A DNA stretch of 64,000 bases from Eledone cirrhosa. Lineage: Eukaryota. The position numbers and the translations under genes were made by a program. The stretch is taken from positions 128,960,001 to 129,024,000 of the forward strand of contig OZ024743.1 of NCBI GenBank assembly GCA_964016885.1, read 5' to 3'. Shown here one piece after another: positions 42,994-59,100 of the stretch; within the stretch, counting starts at the first letter, position 1; each line of letters starts with the position of its first letter. The notes beneath the pieces are model-generated. The model worked only from the letters and a program-made list of their open reading frames with translations, had not been told where the DNA came from and searched no databases.

Positions 42994-45900
42994 ACCAAGC
43001 ACCAAGCACCAAACACCAAGCACCCAGCACCAAACACCAAGTACTAAACACCAACCACCCAGCACCAAGCACCAAACACCAAGCACCAAGCACCTAAAAC
43101 CAAACACCAAACACCAAGCACCAAGCACCAAGCACCAAACACCAAGCACCTAGCACCAAACACCAAACACCAAGCACAAAACACCAAGCACCAATCACCA
43201 AGCATCAAACACCAAGCAGCCAGCAGCAAGCACCAAACACCACACACCAAGCACCAAGCACCAAAAACCAAACACCAAGCACCAAGCACCAAACACCTAA
43301 CACGAAGCACCAAGCACCAAGTACCAAGCACCAAACACCAAGCACCAAACACCAAGCACCAAACACCAAGCACCAAACACCAAACACCAAGCACCAAACA
43401 CCTAACACCAAACACCAAGCACCAAACACCAAGCACCAAACACCAAACACCAAGCACCAAGCACCAAACACCTAACACCAAGCACCAAACACCAAGCACT
43501 AAGCACCAAGCACCAAGCACCAAACACCAAGCACCAAACACCAAGCACCAAACACCAAGCACCAAGCACCAAACACCAAGCACCAAGCACCAAACACCAA
43601 GAACCAAGCACCAAGCACCAAGTACAAACACCAAGCACCAAGCACCAAACACCAAGCACCAAGCACCAAGCATCAAACACCAAGCACCAAACACCAAGCA
43701 CCAAGCACCAAGCATCAAACACCAAGCATATAACACCAAACACCAAACACCAAGCACCAAACACCAAACACCAAGCACCAAACACCAAGAACCAAGCACC
43801 AAGCACCAAGTACAAACACCAAGCACCAAGCACCAAACACCAAGCACCAAGCACCAAGCATCAAACACCAAGCGCCAAACACCAAGCACCAAGCACCAAG
43901 CATCAAACACCAAGCATATAACACCAAACACCAAACACCAAGCACCAAACACCAAACACCAAGCACCAAGCACCAAACACCTAACACCAAGCACCAAACA
44001 CCAAGCACCAAACACCAAGCACCAAGCACCAAGCACCAAACACCAAGCACCAAACACCAAGCACCAAACACCAAGCACCAAGCACCAAACACCAAGCACG
44101 AAGCACCAAACACCAAGTACCAAGCACCAAGCACCAAGTACAAACACCAAGCACCAAGCACCAAACACCAAGCACGAAGCACCAAACACCAAGCACCAAA
44201 CACCAAGCACCAAACACCAAGCAGCCAGCAGCAAGCACCAAACACCAAGCACCAAGCACCAAAAACCAGACACCAAGCACCAAGCACCAAACACCTAACA
44301 CCAAGCACCAAGCACCAAGTACCAAGCACCAAACACCAAGCACCAAACACCAAAGACCAAGCACCAAGCACCAAGCACCAAGCACCAAACACCAAGCACC
44401 AAACACCAAGCACCAAACACCAAGCACCAAGCACCAAACACCAAGCACCAAGCACCAAACACCAAGCACCAAGCACCAAGCATCAAACACCAAGCACCAA
44501 ACACCAAACACCAAGCACCAAGCACCAAGCATCAAACAACAAGCATATAACACCAAACACCAAGCACCAAGCACCCAGCACCAAACACCAAGCACCAAGC
44601 ACCAAGCAAAAAGCACCAAACACCAAGCACCAAACACCAAACACCAAGCACCAAACACCAAACACCAAGCACCAAGCACCAAACACGTAACACCAAGCAC
44701 CAAACACCAAGCACCAAACACCAACCACCAAACACCAAGCACCAAGCACCAAGCACCAAGCACCAAACACCAAGCACCAAACACCAAGCACCAAACACCT
44801 AACACCAAGCACCAAGCACCAAGTACCAAGCACCAAACACCAAGCACCAAACACCAAACACCAAGCACCAAACACCAAACACCAAGCACCAAGCACCAAA
44901 CACCTAACACCAACCACCAAACACCAACCACCAAACACCAAGCACCAAGGACCAAGCACCAAGCACCAAGCACCAAATACCAAGCACCAAACACCAAGCA
45001 CCAAACACCAAGCACCAAGTACAAACACCAAGCACCAAGCACCAAACACCAAGCACCAAGCATCAAACACCAAACACCAAACACCAAGCACCAAGCACCA
45101 AGCACCAAGCATCAAACACCAAGCATATAACACCAAACACCAAGCACCAAGCACCAAACACCAAGAACCAAGCACCAAGCACCAAGTAGAAACACCAATG
45201 ACCAAGCACCAAACACCAAACACCAAGCACCAAACACCAAGCACCAAGCACCAAGCACCTAGCATCAAACACCAAACACCAAGCACCAAGCATCAAACAC
45301 CAAACACCAAGCACCAAACACCAAGCACAAATCACCATGCATCAAACACCAAGCAGCCAGCAGCAAGCACCAAACACCAAACACCATACACCAAGCACCA
45401 AAAACCAAACACCAAGCACCAAGCACCAAACACCAAGCACCAATCACCAAACACCAAGCACCAAGCACCAAGCACCAAACACAAAGCACCAAAGACCAAG
45501 CACCAAGCACCAAACACCAAGCACCCAGCACCAAAAACCAAGCACCCAGCACCAAACACCAAGCGCCAAACACCAACCACCAAGCACCAAGCACCAAACA
45601 CCTAACACCAAGCACCAAGCACCAACCACCAAACACCAAGCACCAAGCACCAAGCACCAAGCACCAAACACCAAGCACCAAACACAAAGCACCAAGCACC
45701 AAGCACCAAACACCAAGCACCAAGCACCAAGCATCAAACACCAAACACCAAGCACCAAACACCAAGCACCAATCACCATGCATCAAACACCAAGCAGCCA
45801 GCAGCAAGCACCAAACACCATACACCAAGCACCAAGCACCAAAAACCAAACACCAAGCACCAAGCACCAAACACCAAGCACCAAGCACCAAACACCAAGC

Positions 45901-48900
45901 ACCAAGCACCAAACACCAAGCACCAAAGACCAAGCACCAAGCACCAAATACCAAGCACCCAGCACCAAACACCAAGCACCCAGCACCAAACACCAAGCAC
46001 CAAACACCAACCACCCAGCACCAAGCACCAAACACCAAGCACCAAGCACCAAACACCAAGCACCAGACACCAAGCACCAAACACCAAACACCAAACACCA
46101 AGCACCAAACACCAAACACCAAGCACCAGACACCAAGCACCAAACACCAAACACCAAACACCAAGCACCAAGCACCAAACACCAAAAACCAAACACCAAG
46201 CACCAAACACCAAACACCAAGCACCAAAAACCAAACACCAAGCACCAGACACCAAGCACCAAACACCAAACACCAAGCACCAAACACCAAACACCAAGCA
46301 CCAAGCACCAAACACCAAGCACCAAAGACCAAACACCAAACAGCAAACACCAAACACCATACAGCAAACACTAAACACCAAAAAGCAGACACCAAACAGC
46401 AAACACCAAACACGAAACACGAAACACGAAACAGCAAACACCAAACACCAAGCACCAAACACCAAGGACCAAGCACCAAACACCTAACACCAAGCACCAA
46501 GCACCAAGCACCAAACACCAAGCACCAAACACCAAACATCAAGCACCAAGCACCAAGTACCAAACACCAAGAACCAAGAACCAAACACCAAGCACCAAGC
46601 ACCAAACACCAAGCACCCAGCACCAAACACCAAGTACTAAACACCAACCACCCAGCACCAAGCACCAAACACCAAGCACCAAGCACCTAAAACCAAACAC
46701 CAAACACCAAGCACCAAGCACCAAGCACCAAACACCAAGCACCTAGCACCAAACACCAAACACCAAGCACAAAACACCAAGCACCAATCACCAAGCATCA
46801 AACACCAAGCAGCCAGCAGCAAGCACCAAACACCAAACACCAAGCACCAAGCACCAAAAACCAAACACCAAGCACCAAGCACCAAACACCTAACACGAAG
46901 CACCAAGCACCAAGTACCAAGCACCAAACACCAAGCACCAAACACCAAGCACCAAACACCAAGCACCAAACACCAAACACCAAGCACCAAACACCTAACA
47001 CCAAACACCAAGCACCAAACACCAAGCACCAAACACCAAACACCAAGCACCAAGCACCAAACACCTAACACCAAGCACCAAACACCAAGCACTAAGCACC
47101 AAGCACCAAGCACCAAACACCAAGCACCAAACACCAAGCACCAAACACCAAGCACCAAGCACCAAACACCAAGCACCAAGCACCAAACACCAAGAACCAA
47201 GCACCAAGCACCAAGTACAAACACCAAGCACCAAGCACCAAACACCAAGCACCAAGCACCAAGCATCAAACACCAAGCACCAAACACCAAGCACCAAGCA
47301 CCAAGCATCAAACACCAAGCATATAACACCAAACACCAAACACCAAGCACCAAACACCAAACACCAAGCACCAAACACCAAGAACCAAGCACCAAGCACC
47401 AAGTACAAACACCAAGCACCAAGCACCAAACACCAAGCACCAAGCACCAAGCATCAAACACCAAGCGCCAAACACCAAGCACCAAGCACCAAGCATCAAA
47501 CACCAAGCATATAACACCAAACACCAAACACCAAGCACCAAACACCAAACACCAAGCACCAAGCACCAAACACCTAACACCAAGCACCAAACACCAAGCA
47601 CCAAACACCAAGCACCAAGCACCAAGCACCAAACACCAAGCACCAAACACCAAGCACCAAACACCAAGCACCAAGCACCAAACACCAAGCACGAAGCACC
47701 AAACACCAAGAACCAAGCACCAAGCACCAAGTACAAACACCAAGCACCAAGCACCAAACACCAAGCACGAAGCACCAAACACCAAGCACCAATCACCAAG
47801 CACCAAACACCAAGCAGCCAGCAGCAAGCACCAAACACCAAGCACCAAGCACCAAAAACCAGACACCAAGCACCAAGCACCAAACACCTAACACCAAGCA
47901 CCAAGCACCAAGTACCAAGCACCAAACACCAAGCACCAAACACCAAAGACCAAGCACCAAGCACCAAGCACCAAGCACCAAACACCAAGCACCAAACACC
48001 AAGCACCAAACACCAAGCACCAAGCACCAAACACCAAGCACCAAGCACCAAACACCAAGCACCAAGCACCAAGCATCAAACACCAAGCACCAAACACCAA
48101 ACACCAAGCACCAAGCACCAAGCATCAAACAACAAGCATATAACACCAAACACCAAGCACCAAGCACCCAGCACCGAACACCAAGCACCAAGCACCAAGC
48201 AAAAAGCACCAAACACCAAGCACCAAACACCAAACACCAAGCACCAAACACCAAACACCAAGCACCAAGCACCAAACACGTAACACCAAGCACCAAACAC
48301 CAAGCACCAAACACCAACCACCAAACACCAAGCACCAAGCACCAAGCACCAAGCACCAAACACCAAGCACCAAACACCAAGCACCAAACACCTAACACCA
48401 AGCACCAAGCACCAAGTACCAAGCACCAAACACCAAGCACCAAACACCAAACACCAAGCACCAAACACCAAACACCAAGCACCAAGCACCAAACACCTAA
48501 CACCAACCACCAAACACCAACCACCAAACACCAAGCACCAAGGACCAAGCACCAAGCACCAAGCACCAAATACCAAGCACCAAACACCAAGCACCAAACA
48601 CCAAGCACCAAGTACAAACACCAAGCACCAAGCACCAAACACCAAGCACCAAGCATCAAACACCAAACACCAAACACCAAGCACCAAGCACCAAGCACCA
48701 AGCATCAAACACCAAGCATATAACACCAAACACCAAGCACCAAGCACCAAACACCAAGAACCAAGCACCAAGCACCAAGTAGAAACACCAATGACCAAGC
48801 ACCAAACACCAAACACCAAGCACCAAACACCAAGCACCAAGCACCAAGCATCAAACACCAAACACCAAGCACCAAGCATCAAACACCAAACACCAAGCAC

Positions 48901-50185
48901 CAAACACCAAGCACAAATCACCATGCATCAAACACCAAGCAGCCAGCAGCAAGCACCAAACACCAAACACCATACACCAAGCACCAAAAACCAAACACCA
49001 AGCACCAAGCACAAAACACCAAGCACCAATCACCAAACACCAAGCACCAAGCACCAAGCACCAAACACAAAGCACCAAAGACCAAGCACCAAGCACCAAA
49101 CACCAAGCACCCAGCACCAAAAACCAAGCACCCAGCACCAAACACCAAGCGCCAAACACCAACCACCAAGCACCAAGCACCAAACACCTAACACCAAGCA
49201 CCAAGCACCAACCACCAAACACCAAGCACCAAGCACCAAGCACCAAGCACCAAACACCAAGCACCAAACACCAAGCACCAAGCACCAAGCACCAAACACC
49301 AAGCACCAAGCACCAAGCATCAAACACCAAACACCAAGCACCAAACACCAAGCACCAATCACCATGCATCAAACACCAAGCAGCCAGCAGCAAGCACCAA
49401 ACACCATACACCAAGCACCAAGCACCAAAAACCAAACACCAAGCACCAAGCACCAAACACCAAGCACCAAGCACCAAACACCAAGCACCAAGCACCAAAC
49501 ACCAAGCACCAAAGATCAAGCACCAAGCACCAAATACCAAGCACCCAGCACCAAACACCAAGCACCCAGCACCAAACACCAAGCACCAAACACCAACCAC
49601 CCAGCACCAAGCACCAAACACCAAGCACCAAGCACCAAACACCAAGCACCAGACACCAAGCACCAAACACCAAACACCAAACACCAAGCACCAAACACCA
49701 AACACCAAGCACCAGACACCAAGCACCAAACACCAAACACCAAACACCAAGCACCAAGCACCAAACACCAAAAACCAAACACCAAGCACCAAACACCAAA
49801 CACCAAGCACCAAAAACCAAACACCAAGCACCAGACACCAAGCACTAAACACCAAACACCAAGCACCAAACACCAAACACCAAGCACCAAGCACCAAACA
49901 CCAAGCACCAAAGACCAAACACCAAACAGCAAACACCAAACACCATACAGCAAACACTAAACACCAAAAAGCAGACACCAAACAGCAAACACCAAACACG
50001 AAACACGAAACACCAAACAGCAAACACCAAACACCAAGCACCAATCACCAAGGACCAAGCACCAAACACCTAACACCAAGCACCAAGCACCAAGCACCAA
50101 ACACCAAGCACCAAACACCAAACATCAAGCACCAAGCACCAAGTACCAAACACCAAGAACCAAGAACCAAACACCAAGCACCAAG
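42994..50185 (+). repeat. 3593-bp HOR, two tandem copies
   Basis: Offsets 43044/46637, 43205/46798, 44295/47888, 45198/48791 = 3593, then 3586 (45332/48918, 45773/49359) after a one-monomer loss. Confidence 0.92.
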
Positions 50186-53100
50186 CACCAAGTACAAACA
50201 CCAAGTACCAAGCACCAAGCACCAAGCACCAAACACCAAGAACCAAGCACCAAACACAAAACACCAAGCACCAAGCACCAAGCATCAAACACCAAGCAGC
50301 AAAGACCAACCACCAAGCACCAAGCACCAAACACAAAGCACCCAGCACCAAACACCAAGGACCAAGCACCAAGCACCAAAAACCAAACACCAAACACAAA
50401 ACACAAAGCACCAAGCACCAAACACCAAACTCCAAGCACCAAGCACCAAACACCAAACACCAAGCACCAAGCACCAGGCACCAAATACGAAGCACCAAGC
50501 ACCAAACACCAAGCACCAAGCACCAAACACCAAACGCCAAACACCAAACACCAAGAACCAAGAACCAAACACCAATCACCAAGCACCAAGTACAAACACC
50601 AAGCACCAAGCTCCAAGCACCAAACACCAAGCACCAAGCACCAAGCGCAAAACACCAAGCACCAAGCACCAAGCATCAAACACCAAGCAGCAAACACCAA
50701 ACACCAAGCACCAAGCACCAAGCACCAAGCACCAAACACAATGCACCCAGCACCAAACACCAAGGACCAAGCACCAAGCACCAAGCACCAAAAACCAAAC
50801 ACGAAACACGAAACACCAAGCACCAAGCACCAAACACCAAACTCCAAGCACCAAGGACCAAGCACCAAACACCTAACACCAAGCACCAAGCACCAAGCAC
50901 CAAACACCAAGCACCAAACACCAAACATCAAGCACCAAGCACCAAGTACCAAACACCAAGAACCAAGAACCAAACACCAAGCACCAAGCACCAAGTACAA
51001 ACACCAAGTACCAAGCACCAAGCACCAAGCACCAAACACCAAGAACCAAGCACCAAACACAAAACACCAAGCACCAAGCACCAAGCATCAAACACCAAGC
51101 AGCAAAGACCAACCACCAAGCACCAAGCACCAAACACAAAGCACCCAGCACCAAACACCAAGGACCAAGCACCAAGCACCAAAAACCAAACACCAAACAC
51201 AAAACACAAAGCACCAAGCACCAAACACCAAACTCCAAGCACCAAGCACCAAACACCAAACACCAAGCACCAAGCACCAGGCACCAAATACGAAGCACCA
51301 AGCACCAAACACCAAGCACCAAGCACCAAACACCAAACGCCAAACACCAAACACCAAGAACCAAGAACCAAACACCAATCACCAAGCACCAAGTACAAAC
51401 ACCAAGCACCAAGCTCCAAGCACCAAACACCAAGCACCAAGCACCAAGCGCAAAACACCAAGCACCAAGCACCAAGCATCAAACACCAAGCAGCAAACAC
51501 CAAACACCAAGCACCAAGCACCAAGCACCAAGCACCAAACACAATGCACCCAGCACCAAACACCAAGGACCAAGCACCAAGCACCAAGCACCAAAAACCA
51601 AACACGAAACACGAAACACCAAGCACCAAGCACCAAACACCAAACTCCAAGCACCAAGGACCAAACACCAAACACCAAGCACCATGCACCAAGCACCAGG
51701 CACCAAACACCAAGCACCAAGCACCAAACACCAAGCACCAAGCACCAAACACCAAACACCAAACACCAAACAGCAAACAACATACATCAAACACCAAACA
51801 CCAAAAAGCAAACACCAAACACCAAACAGCAAACACCAAACAACAAACACCAAACAGCAAACAGCAAACACCAAACACCAAGCACCAAGCACCAAACACC
51901 AAACACCAAACACCAAGCACCAGGCACCAAACACCAAGCACCAAGCACCAAACACCAAGCACCTAGCACCAAACACCAAGCACCAAACACCAAGTACAAA
52001 CACCAAGCACCAAACACCAAACACCAAGCACCAAACACCAAGCACCAATCACCAAGCACCAAACACCAAGCAGCCAGCAACAAGCACCAAACACCAAGCA
52101 CCAAGCACCAAAAACCAGACACCAAGCACCAAGCACCAAACACCTAACACCAAGCACCAAGCACCAACCACCAAACACCAAGCACCAAGCACCAAACACC
52201 AAGCACCAAACACCAAGCACCAAGCACCAAACACCAAGCACCAAGCACCAAACACCAAGCACCAAGCACCAAGCATCAAACACCAAGCACCAAACACCAA
52301 ACACCAAGCACCAAGCACCAAGCATCAAACACCAAGCATATAACACCAAACACCAAGCACCAAGCACCCAGCACCAAACACCAAGCACCAAGCACCAAGC
52401 AAAAAGCACCAAACACCAAGCACCAAACACCAAACACCAAGCACCAAACACCAAACACCAAGCACCAAGCACCAAAAACCAAACACGAAACACGAAACAC
52501 CAAGCACCAAGCACCAAACACCAAACTCCAAGCACCAAGCACCAAACACCAAGCACCAAGCACCAAGCACCAGGCACCAAACACCAAGCACCAAGCACCA
52601 AACACCAAGCAACAAGCACCAAACACCAAACACCAAACACCAAACACCAAACAACATACAGCAAACACCAAACACCAAAAAGCAAACACCAAACACCAAA
52701 CAGCAAACACCAAACAACAAACACCAAACAACAAACACCAAACAGCAAACAGCAAACACCAAACACCAAGCACCAAGCACCAAACACTAAGCACCAAACA
52801 CCAAGCACCAAGCACCAAACACCAAACACTAAGCACCAAGCACCAAACACTAAGCACCAAGCACCAAACACCAAGCACTAAGCACCAAACACCAAGCACC
52901 AAGCACCAAGCACCAAACACCAAACACCAAGCACCAAAGACCAAGCACCCAGCACCAAACACCAAGTACTAAACACCAACCACCCAGCACCAAGCACCAA
53001 ACACCAAGCACCAAGCACCTAAAACCAAACACCAAACACCAAGCACCAAGCACCAAGCACCAAACACCAAGCACCTAGCACCAAACACCAAACACCAAGC

Positions 53101-56100
53101 ACAAAACACCAAGCACCAATCACCAAGCATCAAACACCAAGCAGCCAGCAGCAAGCACCAAACACCACACACCAAGCACCAAGCACCAAAAACCAAACAC
53201 CAAGCACCAAGCACCAAACACCTAACACGAAGCACCAAGCACCAAGTACCAAGCACCAAACACCAAGCACCAAACACCAAGCACCAAACACCAAGCACCA
53301 AACACCAAACACCAAGCACCAAGCACCTAACACCAAACACCAAGCACCAAACACCAAGCACCAAACACCAAACACCAAGCACCAAGCACCAAACACCTAA
53401 CACCAAGCACCAAACACCAAGCACTAAGCACCAAGCACCAAGCACCAATCACCAAGCACCAAACACCAAGCACCAAACACCAAGAACCAAGCACCAAGCA
53501 CCAAGTAGAAACACCAATGACCAAGCACCAAACACCAAACACCAAGCACCAAACACCAAGCACCAAGCACCAAGCATCAAACACCAAACACCAAGCACCA
53601 AGCATCAAACACCAAACACCAAGCACCAAACACCAAGCACAAATCACCATGCATCAAACACCAAGCAGCCAGCAGCAAGCACCAAACACCAAACACCATA
53701 CACCAAGCACCAAAAACCAAACACCAAGCACCAAGCACAAAACACCAAGCACCAATCACCAAACACCAAGCACCAAGCACCAAGCACCAAACACAAAGCA
53801 CCAAAGACCAAGCACCAAGCACCAAACACCAAGCACCCAGCACCAAAAACCAAGCACCCAGCACCAAACACCAAGCGCCAAACACCAACCACCAAGCACC
53901 AAGCACCAAACACCTAACACCAAGCACCAAGCACCAACCACCAAACACCAAGCACCAAGCACCAAGCACCAAGCACCAAACACCAAGCACCAAACACCAA
54001 GCACCAAGCACCAAGCACCAAACACCAAGCACCAAGCACCAAGCATCAAACACCAAACACCAAGCACCAAACACCAAGCACCAATCACCATGCATCAAAC
54101 ACCAAGCAGCCAGCAGCAAGCACCAAACACCATACACCAAGCACCAAGCACCAAAAACCAAACACCAAGCACCAAGCACCAAACACCAAGCACCAAGCAC
54201 CAAACACCAAGCACCAAGCACCAAACACCAAGCACCAAAGATCAAGCACCAAGCACCAAATACCAAGCACCCAGCACCAAACACCAAGCACCCAGCACCA
54301 AACACCAAGCACCAAACACCAACCACCCAGCACCAAGCACCAAACACCAAGCACCAAGCACCAAACACCAAGCACCAGACACCAAGCACCAAACACCAAA
54401 CACCAAACACCAAGCACCAAACACCAAACACCAAGCACCAGACACCAAGCACCAAACACCAAACACCAAACACCAAGCACCAAGCACCAAACACCAAAAA
54501 CCAAACACCAAGCACCAAACACCAAACACCAAGCACCAAAAACCAAACACCAAGCACCAGACACCAAGCACCAAACACCAAACACCAAGCACCAAACACC
54601 AAACACCAAGCACCAAGCACCAAACACCAAGCACCAAAGACCAAACACCAAACAGCAAACACCAAACACCATACAGCAAACACTAAACACCAAAAAGCAG
54701 ACACCAAACAGCAAACACCAAACACGAAACACGAAACACCAAACAGCAAACACCAAACACCAAGCACCAATCACCAAGGACCAAGCACCAAACACCTAAC
54801 ACCAAGCACCAAGCACCAAGCACCAAACACCAAGCACCAAACACCAAACATCAAGCACCAAGCACCAAGTACCAAACACCAAGAACCAAGAACCAAACAC
54901 CAAGCACCAAGCACCAAGTACAAACACCAAGTACCAAGCACCAAGCACCAAGCACCAAACACCAAGAACCAAGCACCAAACACAAAACACCAAGCACCAA
55001 GCACCAAGCATCAAACACCAAGCAGCAAAGACCAACCACCAAGCACCAAGCACCAAACACAAAGCACCCAGCACCAAACACCAAGGACCAAGCACCAAGC
55101 ACCAAAAACCAAACACCAAACACAAAACACAAAGCACCAAGCACCAAACACCAAACTCCAAGCACCAAGCACCAAACACCAAACACCAAGCACCAAGCAC
55201 CAGGCACCAAATACGAAGCACCAAGCACCAAACACCAAGCACCAAGCACCAAACACCAAACGCCAAACACCAAACACCAAGAACCAAGAACCAAACACCA
55301 ATCACCAAGCACCAAGTACAAACACCAAGCACCAAGCTCCAAGCACCAAACACCAAGCACCAAGCACCAAGCGCAAAACACCAAGCACCAAGCACCAAGC
55401 ATCAAACACCAAGCAGCAAACACCAAACACCAAGCACCAAGCACCAAGCACCAAGCACCAAACACAATGCACCCAGCACCAAACACCAAGGACCAAGCAC
55501 CAAGCACCAAGCACCAAAAACCAAACACGAAACACGAAACACCAAGCACCAAGCACCAAACACCAAACTCCAAGCACCAAGGACCAAACACCAAACACCA
55601 AGCACCATGCACCAAGCACCAGGCACCAAACACCAAGCACCAAGCACCAAACACCAAGCACCAAGCACCAAACACCAAACACCAAACACCAAACAGCAAA
55701 CAACATACATCAAACACCAAACACCAAAAAGCAAACACCAAACACCAAACAGCAAACACCAAACAACAAACACCAAACAGCAAACAGCAAACACCAAACA
55801 CCAAGCACCAAGCACCAAACACCAAACACCAAACACCAAGCACCAGGCACCAAACACCAAGCACCAAGCACCAAACACCAAGCACCTAGCACCAAACACC
55901 AAGCACCAAACACCAAGTACAAACACCAAGCACCAAACACCAAACACCAAGCACCAAACACCAAGCACCAATCACCAAGCACCAAACACCAAGCAGCCAG
56001 CAACAAGCACCAAACACCAAGCACCAAGCACCAAAAACCAGACACCAAGCACCAAGCACCAAACACCTAACACCAAGCACCAAGCACCAACCACCAAACA

Positions 56101-59100
56101 CCAAGCACCAAGCACCAAACACCAAGCACCAAACACCAAGCACCAAGCACCAAACACCAAGCACCAAGCACCAAACACCAAGCACCAAGCACCAAGCATC
56201 AAACACCAAGCACCAAACACCAAACACCAAGCACCAAGCACCAAGCATCAAACACCAAGCATATAACACCAAACACCAAGCACCAAGCACCCAGCACCAA
56301 ACACCAAGCACCAAGCACCAAGCAAAAAGCACCAAACACCAAGCACCAAACACCAAACACCAAGCACCAAACACCAAACACCAAGCACCAAGCACCAAAA
56401 ACCAAACACGAAACACGAAACACCAAGCACCAAGCACCAAACACCAAACTCCAAGCACCAAGCACCAAACACCAAGCACCAAGCACCAAGCACCAGGCAC
56501 CAAACACCAAGCACCAAGCACCAAACACCAAGCAACAAGCACCAAACACCAAACACCAAACACCAAACACCAAACAACATACAGCAAACACCAAACACCA
56601 AAAAGCAAACACCAAACACCAAACAGCAAACACCAAACAACAAACACCAAACAACAAACACCAAACAGCAAACAGCAAACACCAAACACCAAGCACCAAG
56701 CACCAAACACTAAGCACCAAACACCAAGCACCAAGCACCAAACACCAAACACTAAGCACCAAGCACCAAACACTAAGCACCAAGCACCAAACACCAAGCA
56801 CTAAGCACCAAACACCAAGCACCAAGCACCAAGCACCAAACACCAAACACCAAGCACCAAAGACCAAGCACCCAGCACCAAACACCAAGTACTAAACACC
56901 AACCACCCAGCACCAAGCACCAAACACCAAGCACCAAGCACCTAAAACCAAACACCAAACACCAAGCACCAAGCACCAAGCACCAAACACCAAGCACCTA
57001 GCACCAAACACCAAACACCAAGCACAAAACACCAAGCACCAATCACCAAGCATCAAACACCAAGCAGCCAGCAGCAAGCACCAAACACCACACACCAAGC
57101 ACCAAGCACCAAAAACCAAACACCAAGCACCAAGCACCAAACACCTAACACGAAGCACCAAGCACCAAGTACCAAGCACCAAACACCAAGCACCAAACAC
57201 CAAGCACCAAACACCAAGCACCAAACACCAAACACCAAGCACCAAGCACCTAACACCAAACACCAAGCACCAAACACCAAGCACCAAACACCAAACACCA
57301 AGCACCAAGCACCAAACACCTAACACCAAGCACCAAACACCAAGCACTAAGCACCAAGCACCAAGCACCAAACACCAAGCACCAAACACCAAGCACCAAA
57401 CACCAAGCACCAAGCACCAAACACCAAGCACCAAGCACCAAACACCAAGAACCAAGCACCAAGCACCAAGTACAAACACCAAGCACCAAGCACCAAACAC
57501 CAAGCACCAAGCACCAAGCATCAAACACCAAGCACCAAACACCAAGCACCAAGCACCAAGCATCAAACACCAAGCATATAACACCAAACACCAAACACCA
57601 AGCACCAAACACCAAACACCAAGCACCAAACACCAAGAACCAAGCACCAAGCACCAAGTACAAACACCAAGCACCAAGCACCAAACACCAAGCACCAAGC
57701 ACCAAGCATCAAACACCAAGCGCCAAACACCAAGCACCAAGCACCAAGCATCAAACACCAAGCATATAACACCAAACACCAAACACCAAGCACCAAACAC
57801 CAAACACCAAGCACCAAGCACCAAACACCTAACACCAAGCACCAAACACCAAGCACCAAACACCAAGCACCAAGCACCAAGCACCAAACACCAAGCACCA
57901 AACACCAAGCACCAAACACCAAGCACCAAGCACCAAACACCAAGCACGAAGCACCAAACACCAAGAACCAAGCACCAAGCACCAAGTACAAACACCAAGC
58001 ACCAAACACCAAACACCAAGCACGAAGCACCAAACACCAAGCACCAATCACCAAGCACCAAACACCAAGCAGCCAGCAGCAAGCACCAAACACCAAGCAC
58101 CAAGCACCAAAAACCAGACACCAAGCACCAAGCACCAAACACCTAACACCAAGCACCAAGCACCAAGTACCAAGCACCAAACACCAAGCACCAAACACCA
58201 AAGACCAAGCACCAAGCACCAAGCACCAAGCACCAAACACCAAGCACCAAACACCAAGCACCAAACACCAAGCACCAAGCACCAAACACCAAGCACCAAG
58301 CACCAAACACCAAGCACCAAGCACCAAGCATCAAACACCAAGCACCAAACACCAAACACCAAGCACCAAGCACCAAGCATCAAACAACAAGCATATAACA
58401 CCAAACACCAAGCACCAAGCACCCAGCACCAAACACCAAGCACCAAGCACCAAGCAAAAAGCACCAAACACCAAGCACCAAACACCAAACACCAAGCACC
58501 AAACACCAAACACCAAGCACCAAGCACCAAACACGTAACACCAAGCACCAAACACCAAGCACCAAACACCAACCACCAAACACCAAGCACCAAGCACCAA
58601 GCACCAAGCACCAAACACCAAGCACCAAACACCAAGCACCAAACACCTAACACCAAGCACCAAGCACCAAGTACCAAGCACCAAACACCAAGCACCAAAC
58701 ACCAAACACCAAGCACCAAACACCAAACACCAAGCACCAAGCACCAAACACCTAACACCAACCACCAAACACCAACCACCAAACACCAAGCACCAAGGAC
58801 CAAGCACCAAGCACCAAGCACCAAATACCAAGCACCAAACACCAAGCACCAAACACCAAGCACCAAGTACAAACACCAAGCACCAAGCACCAAACACCAA
58901 GCACCAAGCATCAAACACCAAACACCAAACACCAAGCACCAAGCACCAAGCACCAAGCATCAAACACCAAGCATATAACACCAAACACCAAGCACCAAGC
59001 ACCAAACACCAAGAACCAAGCACCAAGCACCAAGTAGAAACACCAATGACCAAGCACCAAACACCAAACACCAAGCACCAAACACCAAGCACCAAGCACC

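Noticed and set aside
48780-59034. Unit lengths 3923, 4726 and 5529 differ by steps of 803 bp, suggesting an 803-bp quantum
   Set aside because: The 1606 bp missing near 53445 corresponds to ~57370-58990, which is different sequence from the 803-bp duplicated segment. It is most likely a numerical coincidence.
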